In this document: positions 35,249 to 45,117 of the stretch, one piece after another
Layout: each line of letters begins with the position of its first letter
How positions within the stretch are numbered: the stretch's first letter is position 1
NCBI GenBank assembly: GCA_964486995.1
Contig: CAZAOV010000006.1
Span: 166 to 64,165 of the forward strand
Length of the DNA: 64,000 nucleotides
Direction of reading: 5' to 3'
From: an uncultured Gammaproteobacteria bacterium
GTDB taxonomy: Bacteria > Patescibacteriota > Patescibacteriia > SG8-24
The notes under the pieces: model-generated
Told to the model about the DNA's origin: nothing
Database searches by the model: none
What the model saw: the letters and a program-made list of their open reading frames with translations, nothing else
Translations under genes and position numbers: made by a program

Positions 35249-36028
35249 TCCTTCAAAAATGGTCATGGCGTCATGGAGATATTTTTCGGCGCGTGACCAG
35301 TCGATTGGGTCGAGCGAACTGCCGCTCTTTCGAAGCTGTCCCTGCGCATCGATGCTCACGTCCGGAAATTCTTCGATAATCGGACCGAGAAGATGCAGTG
35401 AGTCCGGACCGAGACCGCCGGCTACGGCTAGGCCTATCTCTGGTGTGCAGGTGCGTATCGCACGGCAGTACGGGAGCAGCGCTCCGGCGTCCATGCCCCG
35501 TCCACGCCCCATGCTCTTGTCGAGCAGGACGTAGTTGATGGCCGGGCTGTATTGCTCGATGAGCAATGCGACCTTTTCCGGGTCGTCGTCTTGCAAAGCC
35601 ATGGCGCGTGAATTCACCTGTAACACGATTTTCAAGTCCGATCGAATGTCGCGGAAATCCCACAGAGCTTCCCGGTCCGGCCAGATCATGTCGATCTGCA
35701 GCGCATCCAGATTCGGTCCGCCGAAAGTGCAGGCCAGAATCAGATTCACCAGCACGTCCTTGCCATCGAAGTCAGCGTAATGCAGGCAGTTCAGCGCACG
35801 ATGATGCCGAGCGAAAATATCGCACAGCTTTTCTTTGGGCGGCCAGACCGCGGCCCATTTGGACGGAATGCCGTTCAGGGTCTTACGGCTAATCATCACC
35901 CCGGCCATCATCAGGCGGTCGGACAACAGGCTGGAGCGAGCGCTCATCATTTTCGAGAAATGCATGATTTGCTCGCTGGTCTCAAAATCACAAATGCCGA
36001 TGTATGGCCGTGGCGGACACAGTGTCAT
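35246..36028 (-). CDS. phosphoribosylanthranilate isomerase-like (TrpF/PRAI family) protein, tentative
   Basis: C-terminal block AVAGGLGPDSLHLLGPIIEEFPDVSIDAQGQL...DPIDWSRAEKYL resembles the TrpF pattern GGL.P.N......VD.SSGVE...KD..K...F; N-terminal IGICDF resembles KICG. 260 aa is long for TrpF; no other trp genes nearby. Confidence 0.35.
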   Translation of the reverse strand: MTLCPPRPYIGICDFETSEQIMHFSKMMSARSSLLSDRLMMAGVMISRKTLNGIPSKWAAVWPPKEKLCDIFARHHRALNCLHYADFDGKDVLVNLILACTFGGPNLDALQIDMIWPDREALWDFRDIRSDLKIVLQVNSRAMALQDDDPEKVALLIEQYSPAINYVLLDKSMGRGRGMDAGALLPYCRAIRTCTPEIGLAVAGGLGPDSLHLLGPIIEEFPDVSIDAQGQLRKSGSSLDPIDWSRAEKYLHDAMTIFEG

Positions 36029-36094
36029 GCGAGCCTCCTTTGAATGAGCAAGAATGTAATTTAGCAGACCGTTTGGATATTGGAAAGAGAGTCA

Positions 36095-36132
36095 CAAAAA
36101 TAAAGCACCCCGATTCTTCAGGGTGCTTTTCA
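36095..36132. terminator. putative terminator hairpin downstream of minus-strand gene 36224..36532
   Basis: GCACCCcgattcttcaGGGTGC flanked by A/T runs. Confidence 0.45.
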
Positions 36133-36223
36133 TCTAAGGTTTGCTTTGCGCCGTGTCGCGGAGGGAGTTGGTTTTTGGTTGCGGCTCAGCGCCAGCAGCG
36201 TAAAAATTGATCAACTCATTCCG

Positions 36224-36532
36224 TTACGCCGCGTTCGGCAAATCCAGCTCTGTTTCGGCTGTGGGAGCCGATTCGTCAGTAAGTATCTTGGTTGCCCAGC
36301 GTGAGCCGGACCTGAACACGGAAGTCAGCGCTTTCAAAAAACGAAAACCGTCGTTCGGCGTCACCGGAGTCCAGCTACCACTAGTCTTGTCCAGGATTCC
36401 AGCATTGAGTTGTCGCTCCAAGTTCGAATCGTCGGTTTGCACGGAAACCGTGCCGTTCTGGTTGAGGATGCATTTAGCGACGACTGTCTGGCCGTCGCGA
36501 GCCATGGTATCCCTGATCTCTACCCACTGCAT
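36224..36532 (-). CDS. hypothetical protein
   Basis: 102-aa ORF downstream of the 851-aa gene on the same strand. Confidence 0.4.
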   Translation of the reverse strand: MQWVEIRDTMARDGQTVVAKCILNQNGTVSVQTDDSNLERQLNAGILDKTSGSWTPVTPNDGFRFLKALTSVFRSGSRWATKILTDESAPTAETELDLPNAA

Positions 36533-36618
36533 AATTTCTCCCTCCTTGCCCCTCGCGGGGCATTGCCCGGTTGGACAATAGGTTAATTTACATTATTTTG
36601 ACGTTTTTGTCAATCCAG

Positions 36619-39174
36619 TTATTGTCTTCCCGCAACGTATGCGGCATCAAAAGCCTCTTCATCATGTTTTTTAATAATTGGATGCGGACTGGCTTCACTT
36701 TCAGGCAGGCCTTCGGACATCATGCTCTCAGCGCGCTGCTCCATCTCCGCCCATTTGTGTTGCGCCTCTGAGCCAAATCGTATCTGGAACAATTTTTGCA
36801 GGGCCGTTCGAGTCTTAGTTTTACGTTTGGATTTAAACAAGTCCTGCAAGCGTTGCTTGTTCTCCGGCCGCATCTGCTTGCCGCCGACCGCCCATGACGC
36901 ATAGCAGCGGAAATAGTTGTACGGTTCCTGGTTGATTGTATCTGGTCGGGCCGAAGTGAACGCCTGCCCGTGGTCAATGGAAACCACGTCACCGTTCGGA
37001 GTGCGTTTCATGTTGCCTGCATGTCCATCAATGTCCCTAACCAGCCCTCGCACCAACACGACGTCTTCCAGTTTTTCGACAAACTGTTCGTTTCGTCGGG
37101 CTAGGTCGCCCCAGGGAATGTTCGCCAGAGCCTCACTCGGATACCATTCTTGGAAATTGGTGGCGCCCTCCGCCGCGATTCGGTCAACCGACGGTACGAC
37201 ATTGGTTTTGCCCAGCGCAACAGCCATGTCCGTGGTCATGCTTTCTGCTTTTAACGAGTATCCGTAGGCGTATGTTTCTGGGGTTTGGATTGCGCGCAAT
37301 TCTTTTGACGCAGCCTTGCCGACTGCCGGCAAAATCATTCCGTCGAAATAGTTTCTGGTCGGTGCAGTTATGCCGGAATCATCTCCCAAGTCCTGTACCT
37401 CGTCTATGTCGGCTTCATACAAGCGATTCTCTATTTGTTCTCGCTCATCGATATAGTCTTTAAGCTCCGGGCTTTCCTCTTTGATGGCGTCGTACAGTTC
37501 TTGTCGAGCTCGGCGGGTCGCTTCGAATTCAGCGGCCAATTCTTTTTCTGCGGCCAGCCTGGTTTGCTCAACAGCCGCACCTTGCATCTCCAGAGCAGTT
37601 TTTAGTTCCGTGACGTCAGCTGCCGTATTTGGGTCAGCTTCGGCTTGCGCTAAGGCCTGCTCAAAAATATTCTGCGCCTGCAATATCGGGCCGGCCACAT
37701 CAACCATTCGTTTGCCGGGCGTATTGGAATTGCGAATCGCCACATCGGCAAACTGAAAACCCGGTCCGCCACTGAATTGACTGGCCAGTTCGGGCGGCAT
37801 TTTTTTGGCGGCTTCGTATAGCGCGTAACTGGCGGTCTTAAGTGTTTCAATGATGGTACGGTTATCACTGTCCGGTCCACGTTCATATTTTGCGGTCAGC
37901 TCTTTAATCTGATCAGAGTCGAATTTGGTTCGGTCAATCTTCAGCCCCATATCTATCAGGACCTTTTCTCTGGCGTCACCTTTCGGTATCGAACTCAATA
38001 GCCGCTCAGTTTGTTTTTTCGAAACCGGCAGGGTGTTGTAGATGTCGCGGAACCGGTCTGGATGCTCCAGCACCAGTGCGTTGGCTATGTCGATATTTTC
38101 CTCGTTGTTGGTAAAGCCATAGACTCGTAGCCGTTCAGAGATGGTTTGTCGTTGCAAAAGCGAGATTCCGTCCAGAGCCTTGGCGCTGCCCCGGATTTCT
38201 CCGGCACCGAACAAAAGCTCCAGCCGATCCGGACGTTCGGCCAATATGTCACCCAGCTCGGTCAGCTGCCCGTCGATGTCATCCCCCGATTTGGCGTCAC
38301 GAATGGTATCGGCCATTATGTTCCATGTGGTTCGCCAGCTTTCAAAATCGGTGCGGTTTGACATGAGTTCCAGCATGTCACCGTTATTAGTTTTCATGGC
38401 ATCTTGTTTGCCCAGTGCGTCTATGACTTCGATGCTGTCCTCAGAGGCTCTTTTTAGAATTTTGTACAAATCATCGGACGACAGGTCATATTCACTTAGC
38501 CGGCTTAGGTCAGCGGGATTTTCTACGATATTTAGGGCCACTTTTTTTATGGTTGTGGGGTTTGGCCCCGCCGCGCTCAGCTCTTGCCAGGCCTGTTCGC
38601 GTTCAGCCTCTTCCTCTTCACGCATGGCTTGCTCGATACGTTCCGCCATGGCGCGTTTTCTTTCCGACTTTTTCTCATCTTCACTTTCTTCCAGGTCGGC
38701 TTCTTCAGCGTCTGTGATTTTGCTTCCTTCCAGATATTCGGACAGCCCTTCGATTTCAGGCGTCATCTGCTCATCAACAGTTTTCTCTGCAGAATCGGCG
38801 GATACATTAATGAGTGGCTCAGCTCCTGTTTCTTCAACTTCAATTGGGATGCCTTCAAATAAACCGTCCAAGCTTTGGATGATTTCGTTTTGTTCCTTAT
38901 CTAGTTCGCGAATTTGATTTTGAGCCTTCTGCACCTTTTGCGGGCCGAGCAGGTCAATCGCATCGGTCATGGCTTCTAGCGCTTCATCGATCTCCTGACG
39001 TTTCAGTTCCGCATCACTAATTAGGGTGTCACGCCTTTGTCTGGGCGACTCCTGTTCAGCTTTTCTGTCTTGGCGCTCACGCAATGCCTCGGTGTCAATT
39101 TTTCTGTATTCACCGGACGGTTTGTCCGTCGCGTTGGGGGTGCCGCTATCTTTAAGGGGGTTCTTTGCGCTCAT
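36619..39174 (-). CDS. large hypothetical protein with acidic coiled-coil N-terminal region and C-terminal atypical (PI3K/PI4K/HipA-like) kinase motifs
   Basis: 851 aa. C-terminal region GLVRDIDGHAGNMKRTPNGDVVSIDHGQAF carries a DxHxxN catalytic-loop-like motif followed 14 residues later by a DHG (DFG-like) motif, the spacing seen in PI3K/PI4K (GDRHNDNIM ... IDFG). Preceded by long E/D/K-rich coiled-coil segments. Confidence 0.5.
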   Translation of the reverse strand: MSAKNPLKDSGTPNATDKPSGEYRKIDTEALRERQDRKAEQESPRQRRDTLISDAELKRQEIDEALEAMTDAIDLLGPQKVQKAQNQIRELDKEQNEIIQSLDGLFEGIPIEVEETGAEPLINVSADSAEKTVDEQMTPEIEGLSEYLEGSKITDAEEADLEESEDEKKSERKRAMAERIEQAMREEEEAEREQAWQELSAAGPNPTTIKKVALNIVENPADLSRLSEYDLSSDDLYKILKRASEDSIEVIDALGKQDAMKTNNGDMLELMSNRTDFESWRTTWNIMADTIRDAKSGDDIDGQLTELGDILAERPDRLELLFGAGEIRGSAKALDGISLLQRQTISERLRVYGFTNNEENIDIANALVLEHPDRFRDIYNTLPVSKKQTERLLSSIPKGDAREKVLIDMGLKIDRTKFDSDQIKELTAKYERGPDSDNRTIIETLKTASYALYEAAKKMPPELASQFSGGPGFQFADVAIRNSNTPGKRMVDVAGPILQAQNIFEQALAQAEADPNTAADVTELKTALEMQGAAVEQTRLAAEKELAAEFEATRRARQELYDAIKEESPELKDYIDEREQIENRLYEADIDEVQDLGDDSGITAPTRNYFDGMILPAVGKAASKELRAIQTPETYAYGYSLKAESMTTDMAVALGKTNVVPSVDRIAAEGATNFQEWYPSEALANIPWGDLARRNEQFVEKLEDVVLVRGLVRDIDGHAGNMKRTPNGDVVSIDHGQAFTSARPDTINQEPYNYFRCYASWAVGGKQMRPENKQRLQDLFKSKRKTKTRTALQKLFQIRFGSEAQHKWAEMEQRAESMMSEGLPESEASPHPIIKKHDEEAFDAAYVAGRQ

Positions 39175-39428
39175 GACTGTTCCAGTTCCTTACGGGCCTT
39201 TTCAACCCGTGCGGTTTCGACCTCTTCGGTCAGGCCGCGGATGATTTCTTGTTTTTGCTGATGGATTTCGTTGAGTCGGCGCTCGGCGTCTTCGAAGCGT
39301 CGCATCATCTGCTCGCGAATCTCATCTTGTTGGTCTTCCTTCTTTTTAGGCATAGTTGGAACGGGTAATAGAGGTCGGCGAAAAATGCTGGCTAGCGGCA
39401 ATAATAATTGTTTTATGGCGCGAAACAT
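39171..39428 (-). CDS. hypothetical small coiled-coil protein, translationally coupled to the 851-aa gene
   Basis: Stop overlaps the downstream ATG (ATGA). Charged heptad-like sequence (EDQQDEIREQMMRRFEDAERRLNEIHQQKQEI). Exact start uncertain (M1 or internal MPKKKED). Confidence 0.4.
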   Translation of the reverse strand: MFRAIKQLLLPLASIFRRPLLPVPTMPKKKEDQQDEIREQMMRRFEDAERRLNEIHQQKQEIIRGLTEEVETARVEKARKELEQS

Positions 39429-39634
39429 ATTAGCTCGCGGGTTCGGTTATGTTGGGCCTGTCGTTGGCCGGATTATTTACGGCGCACGATACTTCGTAGG
39501 TGCGCATATTATTGTCTGGATATACTGTCATCAGCCCAAGTACATCATTCAGCACATATGTAGAAGAATATACCAACATTACGGTTAGGGACAATTGTTT
39601 TGACTGGCGGGTTGGCGTGCTGTAGGGTTATTTT

Positions 39635-40084
39635 TTGACATGGGAGGTCAGCATGTTCTTAAAAAATGTATTCGTTTCACTGGTGGTGTTGGGCGTTGCC
39701 GTGTTGATGTCTGCTTGCGCGATGGATGATTGTGGTGTTACTCAGGTTGACCGGGCGGCAAGCAGCATCAAGGCTGCATGTGACGCCAGAACCGGGTTGT
39801 GTTTTGTTTATTCGGTAGAGCGAGGCGGTTCTCGCTACGGCTTGTCTCAGCTGGATTGTGAGACTGTGGAGCATTCGTTGGCGCGGCATCATGGGGCGAG
39901 TTCGAAATTGATGGGTCAGTTGAGGTATGGCCGGTTGACTGGTGTTGCTGATCGTTCGGTTTGTTTGGCGTATGCGGAAGGTGATGGTGGCAACATGAGG
40001 TCCAACTTGGCTGTGGTTCCGTGTGAGCCGGTGTTGCGGGCTTGGGAGAGTTCCGATTTGCCGCTCAGACAGCTTTATCCTTGA
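39635..40084 (+). CDS. hypothetical secreted protein with 4-6 cysteines
   Basis: Signal peptide MFLKNVFVSLVVLGVAVLMSACA; possibly a lipoprotein (LMSAC). Confidence 0.45.
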   Translation: MTWEVSMFLKNVFVSLVVLGVAVLMSACAMDDCGVTQVDRAASSIKAACDARTGLCFVYSVERGGSRYGLSQLDCETVEHSLARHHGASSKLMGQLRYGRLTGVADRSVCLAYAEGDGGNMRSNLAVVPCEPVLRAWESSDLPLRQLYP

Positions 40085-40413
40085 GTCACCTGTTTTAATC
40101 CTGCGACCGTAGGATAGTTGATATTTCCCGCTCTCTAAGGGCGGGTTTTTTTGTCTTAGCGTCGCGGGCCCGCCGGCGCCTACGCCGCTCTTTTTTTAGA
40201 GCGACTTTACGGCGTCCCTTGTCCATCTGCTTTGCATTGACCGTGACCGCTCGGGAGCGTGGATCAAATCTGTTTACTCTATATTTATCGCACTCCACCC
40301 CTTGACAAGTCCTCCCCAATATGTTAGGTTTCCATGTCCCTTATGGGACTTTCCCCGCGAGGGGTGAGTTCTTTTTTTCAAAGTAATCGCGGAAACGCGA
40401 TAGAGGAGGAGAG

Positions 40414-41466
40414 ATGAACATTTTGATGGCAATCTTGGTCGCGGTGGCGCTCTTGGCCGTTCTGGCCTCCAGTACGCTCCTGTTCCTGTTCATCGTCACC
40501 GGTTCTAAGCCGGAGTCTGATGAGGGGGCCGAAACCGAGTCCGAAACCGCTTCTGATTCGAAGCAGAACAAGAGCCTGGATTTGGCGCTGGTGTCCGAGA
40601 TCAACGAACCCGCGGTAATCAACACCGTGGATCCGTTCACGGGCTACATGCTCGACGACGAAGATAGGGTGCAGTTCACCTTGACGTTGCCGGGTGATCA
40701 GCGCATCATCTTGGCGGTGTCGTCTATGGTCGCCAGCATGCTGTCAAGCAGTCGACTGCGGCAATACGCCAGCGCGCTGCGTGAGCTCGAGGGTAACTAC
40801 TCGGTTCAGTGTTGTGTGCTCGAAGATGGCGAGATGCGCGAGGTTCCGGGGGCTGATCTGTACAACATCATCGTTGGCAGCGGCATACTGGTCGAACGGC
40901 TCAACCAGATTGACGAACTGCGCGAGCAGGCCGCCGAAGCAACCGAGTCCGAGAATGTGTCGGAAGAGGGTGCGGATGACGACGTCGACGACGAGTCGCA
41001 AGACATGGATTCCGGCATCAGCCCGGATTCCGTGATGACCGCGCGGACCACATCGCCCGACGGAAGCGGTCTGATGGACTTGCCGATTGACGAGCCAGCG
41101 CGTGATTTGCTTGAGTCGGACGAAGAGTCCGAAGCCGAGGCCGTGGCCGAGCAAAATGAGAGTGCGGCCGCTCAGGAGGTTGATAATGTTGAGCCTCCCG
41201 AGGCCAACGAGGATTTGTTTGTCGAGGTGGCGGTCAATCGTTTGGTGGAAGCCGCTATGCTGAGTGCGCCGGAGAAGGTCGAGGATGCGATGCCGGCCTC
41301 GGGTATGGAAGCCCTGGCTCAGATGATTCGTTCGGACGAAATCGCTCAAGATGACCTCCGCTGGAATAACCTCACTCCAGTTCCGAGGCGCATCATGAGT
41401 CCCTCCGACGCTGTCCCGCCAGTTCCGCCATCTGACTTCGATCCAAACACTGGCCTCAACGACTAG
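40414..41466 (+). CDS. hypothetical membrane-anchored highly acidic protein
   Basis: N-terminal TM (ILMAILVAVALLAVLASSTLLFLFIV) then D/E/S-rich low-complexity regions. Confidence 0.5.
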   Translation: MNILMAILVAVALLAVLASSTLLFLFIVTGSKPESDEGAETESETASDSKQNKSLDLALVSEINEPAVINTVDPFTGYMLDDEDRVQFTLTLPGDQRIILAVSSMVASMLSSSRLRQYASALRELEGNYSVQCCVLEDGEMREVPGADLYNIIVGSGILVERLNQIDELREQAAEATESENVSEEGADDDVDDESQDMDSGISPDSVMTARTTSPDGSGLMDLPIDEPARDLLESDEESEAEAVAEQNESAAAQEVDNVEPPEANEDLFVEVAVNRLVEAAMLSAPEKVEDAMPASGMEALAQMIRSDEIAQDDLRWNNLTPVPRRIMSPSDAVPPVPPSDFDPNTGLND

Positions 41467-41526
41467 TTCTCAATACAGCATCAGGCGAAAGTGCTGCCTC
41501 GAACGGGTTGACAAATCGCCGAAAGG

Positions 41527-42351
41527 TTGTATAATGACGCTTCTTGCTTAGCAAGGGGCGTCTTTTTTGCCAAAGTGATTTGGTGGATTGACTTCGGTAT
41601 GGAGGAGGGAATGGAGGAGCTCTTTAGAAATGAAAACCTGCAGCTTGCGCTGATTCCGGTTGCGGGCATGCTGTTGTTCTTTCTGTTCATCGGATTTGTC
41701 GGGGTGATTGCTCATTTGGCGCCAGAGTCAAGGTACACAAGTCGGCGTCGCAGCGACCGGTCACATGCGCAACAACAACCGATACGACGACCGTCCAGAG
41801 TGCCGTACACGGTAGCGCGACCGTTACAGAGGAACGGACATGCATATCCGCAGATGAGAGGGAACGGCGTGCCGTACTGGCAGCTTAAGACTCTACCAGC
41901 CATGGTTCAGCCGCCACCGCCCGCACTGCCAGAGTCATCACTTCCGCAGCTGTGCGCACATGACGACGATGAAGACGATGATGAGCCTACAAATCCGTTC
42001 ATTAACGTGAATCGCCTGTCGGCAAGGGAAGAAATCGTCTTGACCGGTGTGCCGGTTTACCCGACCCTAATTCCTGCCGATGCGACAGGCCAGCTGCTGA
42101 AAAGGCTTCTGTCGGAAAGCGACGCCGCTGATTGGCTTCGGGCGATTCTGCTTCGCGACGAGATTCCGGTCGGTTATCCGGGCATGGATTACTCGGAATG
42201 CGTCTGCGAACAAATTTCCGAGCAGGAAATTGAAGAAATGCTCGATCTCGAGTGCGCCACCGAAACTGTGGAAACGCGAGACCTGAACGAGGAAGAAGAA
42301 AAAATGCTGGCCGGGTTTGTTTATGCGACTCCGGTCGTGATGATTGAATGA
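41527..42351 (+). CDS. hypothetical protein
   Basis: 274 aa with one TM segment and an acidic stretch (DDDEDDDEP); start uncertain. Confidence 0.4.
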   Translation: MYNDASCLARGVFFAKVIWWIDFGMEEGMEELFRNENLQLALIPVAGMLLFFLFIGFVGVIAHLAPESRYTSRRRSDRSHAQQQPIRRPSRVPYTVARPLQRNGHAYPQMRGNGVPYWQLKTLPAMVQPPPPALPESSLPQLCAHDDDEDDDEPTNPFINVNRLSAREEIVLTGVPVYPTLIPADATGQLLKRLLSESDAADWLRAILLRDEIPVGYPGMDYSECVCEQISEQEIEEMLDLECATETVETRDLNEEEEKMLAGFVYATPVVMIE

Positions 42352-42378
42352 TGCAAAAAGAGAGTGCGTAATGCGCTC

Positions 42379-43053
42379 TCATTTTTTATTGCTTTTTTTG
42401 TTGTTGCTGCGCCGCATGCGCGTGAGAAAACTAGGCAGTCGCGGCAGCAGGTATTTGGCTATGCGCGGCATCGACTTGTCCAGTATTTCCGGCAGCATGT
42501 CAGCCATGATGCTCGGCAAATCCTTTGAGTGCTCGATCATCTTGTTGGCCAACAGCTCGGTGGATTTGGCCACGAAGCGTTTGTGCACCGCAGGTGGCAG
42601 GAAGCGCCGCACCGCATGCTCCCAGCCTCTGGGTCCGACCAACCCCTTTACGAAGCTGGAACTGACGTCAATCATCTCCTGCGGCGAGGCCATGAGCCAA
42701 GTCTGGATATGTGGCGCACGGTCGGAGTTGAAATGGAACATACGGTTCTCATACTCAAAGTCGTTCGCGTTCCGCAAACCACGGAAGATGACGTTCGCAC
42801 CAACCGAATCCGCGTAGTCTACCAGATACTCACCAACGAACTGCGTGACCTCGACGTTGGCCAGGTCATTGGTCATATCGCGGAGCATGTTCAGGCGTTC
42901 CTGCACCGAAAACGTATCTTTCTTGTCCGGGTTCACGCCTACCGTCACGATCAGCTTAGTGGCTACGTGAGCACAGTACCTGATTGCGTATTCATGACCT
43001 ACTGTCGGAGGGTCGAATGATCCGGCGTAAACGCCGATGATGTCTTTGGCCAT
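42379..43053 (-). CDS. coaD: pantetheine-phosphate adenylyltransferase CoaD (PPAT) with C-terminal extension
   Basis: AAGGAGG SD; GVYAGSFDPPTVGHEYAI (nucleotidyltransferase T/HxGH motif), RGLRNANDFEYENRM and ISSSFVK blocks align with E. coli CoaD; about 60 extra C-terminal residues. Confidence 0.8.
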   Translation of the reverse strand: MAKDIIGVYAGSFDPPTVGHEYAIRYCAHVATKLIVTVGVNPDKKDTFSVQERLNMLRDMTNDLANVEVTQFVGEYLVDYADSVGANVIFRGLRNANDFEYENRMFHFNSDRAPHIQTWLMASPQEMIDVSSSFVKGLVGPRGWEHAVRRFLPPAVHKRFVAKSTELLANKMIEHSKDLPSIMADMLPEILDKSMPRIAKYLLPRLPSFLTRMRRSNNKKSNKK

Positions 43054-43320
43054 TGAGGGCCTCCTTGCGGTAAAGAACAGCGGGTTATTGTGGCAGATTT
43101 AAGCTGCTGGGTCAAGGGTTATTTTCTGGTGACGGGCTCCAGAAAATATCTTCAAATCGCCGCATATGCTGGCCTGAACGAAGAAGCAGTTCGCATCAGT
43201 CGTGCCATGATGCTGTTGACCGCATGCGTGCCGATTGCCGTGACCGATGTTGAGCCGGTCACCTGGACGGTGCTGGCGGGTTGACAGATATTGTCAGCTT
43301 AGTACGTTTCAAACAGGTTC

Positions 43321-43998
43321 TTGTTCGGAGGAAAGATGACCATTAGCAGAGACAGGCTGTGTCAGTTTCTTTTGAGCTTTGGCGTGGTTTCGCATAAAGC
43401 GGACGATGCCATGAATAATTTGGAAGAATTCTTTTTGGCGGCAGAGTCCAGGCGTGTTGACCTTACGCCTCGGGGCGAGGTGGACAAGCTCGGTCTGCTG
43501 CGGGCAGCCAGGAATGTGTTGCACGACAACACGCCAGGCGAAACGCGCGGCTTCACGGTAAAGAGTCTGTTGACTGTGCCGGTGCTGCAAGCGCAATCCA
43601 TTCAGTCGAAGAGCGTGGGGAGTGTGCGACCGACCGATTGGCCGCCCAAGGGTCTCAGTTCGTTCGGCATTTCCGCGCTCTTGTACCTGCGTTACTCTGG
43701 TGACGTGGCGTCTGGGACGTTCGGTTCGGTGCATGTGGCGGTGCATGAGTCGCTGCTTGGCGAGTTGCGTCACGCAGCACTGCCGGACGGCGGATTGCTC
43801 GGCGGCAGCTGGATTGTTCCCTTTACCACTATCACCGACTCGGTATTTTTCTACCTGTCGATGATGATCGCGGAAAAGATGGATTACAGCGATGAACTGG
43901 GGCGGTTCGTTCGTCACATGCCGGGTGCGATACCCGTGGGTTTTCGCAGCAATGACAGTCATCGAGTGTCCGGTGACATGGTCGTGCTCTGCGGTTGA
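43321..43998 (+). CDS. hypothetical protein
   Basis: 225-aa ORF; no recognisable motifs. Confidence 0.4.
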   Translation: MFGGKMTISRDRLCQFLLSFGVVSHKADDAMNNLEEFFLAAESRRVDLTPRGEVDKLGLLRAARNVLHDNTPGETRGFTVKSLLTVPVLQAQSIQSKSVGSVRPTDWPPKGLSSFGISALLYLRYSGDVASGTFGSVHVAVHESLLGELRHAALPDGGLLGGSWIVPFTTITDSVFFYLSMMIAEKMDYSDELGRFVRHMPGAIPVGFRSNDSHRVSGDMVVLCG

Positions 43999-44242
43999 TA
44001 GATTAGACCCGCTTTTAGTGGGTCTTTTTTATTGATGAGGAAGCGCGGGAAACAAATTTGTTCGAGTGCGCTGTTGCGCGCGGGAAAAAGCATATTTCCT
44101 TCCATATTACCCACGCCAATCGAAATGCGTCTGTATGTTTTATAAGGTAGACGCCCTTTTCGCTCCGCGTCCCCGGCGGGTTTTTTGCGCGGAACACCCT
44201 CAATAAGCTAAACTTATGACCAAATACTAACCTATCAAAACT

Positions 44243-45004
44243 ATGGGATTTGTTATCGGAACAGCAGTCATAATATTATTCATAATCTTAATCTCTATTC
44301 GGCAGATTAATGAGTACCAGCGTGGTGTTAAATTTCGTCTGGGACGATATATCGGAGTTATGGCGCCGGGCTGGCGACTGGTTATTCCAATTATCGAATC
44401 AATGCAGAGAGTGGACATACGCGTGAAGGCGGTTGACGTTCCAGACCAAGAGGCTATCACAAAGGACAACATTTCGACGCAGATAAATGCGGTAATTTAT
44501 TATAAGGTGAATGAGGCTTCTAAGGCGATAATTGAAGTTGAGGATTACCGTTGGGCCGTGTCGCAGCTGGCGCAGACCACCATGCGTAACGTGGTGGGTG
44601 AGCTGGAGCTTGATGAACTGCTTGCGGATCGCGAGGCCGCTAGTCATCGAATTAAGAGAATTGTGGATACGCTGACTGATCCGTGGGGTATCAAAGTCGA
44701 GAACGTGGAGCTTAAGGATGTGGTCCTGCCAGAAGACATGAAGCGTGTCATCGGCAAACAGGCCGAGGCCGAGCGTGAACGCCGCGCCGTGGTGATTAAA
44801 GCTCAGGGCGAAGTCGAGGCGTCAGAGAATCTGAAGACAGCTGCCGAGACGTTATCTAAAACTACGGGAGCTTTACATCTTCGAACCCTGAATACGCTGA
44901 ACGACTTGTCATCAGACCAATCCAACACCGTGATTTTTGCCTTGCCGCTAGAGGTGCTCCGCGCCTTCGAAGCAGTCGCGGATATGGGTAGGAACGACAA
45001 GTAA
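44243..45004 (+). CDS. SPFH/band-7 domain protein (stomatin/prohibitin-like)
   Basis: N-terminal TM then SPFH core (INEYQRGVKFRLGRY ... DNISTQINAVIYYKV ... charged coiled-coil tail). Confidence 0.75.
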   Translation: MGFVIGTAVIILFIILISIRQINEYQRGVKFRLGRYIGVMAPGWRLVIPIIESMQRVDIRVKAVDVPDQEAITKDNISTQINAVIYYKVNEASKAIIEVEDYRWAVSQLAQTTMRNVVGELELDELLADREAASHRIKRIVDTLTDPWGIKVENVELKDVVLPEDMKRVIGKQAEAERERRAVVIKAQGEVEASENLKTAAETLSKTTGALHLRTLNTLNDLSSDQSNTVIFALPLEVLRAFEAVADMGRNDK

Positions 45005-45022
45005 ACTGCACTCAAAACAAAA

Positions 45023-45045
45023 CCCGGCGCAAGCCGGTTTTTGTG
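45023..45045 (+). terminator. Rho-independent terminator
   Basis: AACCCGGCgcaaGCCGGTTTTTG. Confidence 0.65.
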
Positions 45046-45117
45046 TCCCGGGTTGAACGATGGTGGAACCCGGGGCGTTCTATATCGAATCGAGTGGCAC
45101 GCGTCTTATCTTGGATT

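Noticed and set aside
35246-36028. Confident annotation of the 260-aa protein as TrpF
   Set aside because: Only a loose C-terminal pattern match to PRAI. The length is atypical and there are no neighbouring trp genes. Kept as a low-confidence family suggestion.
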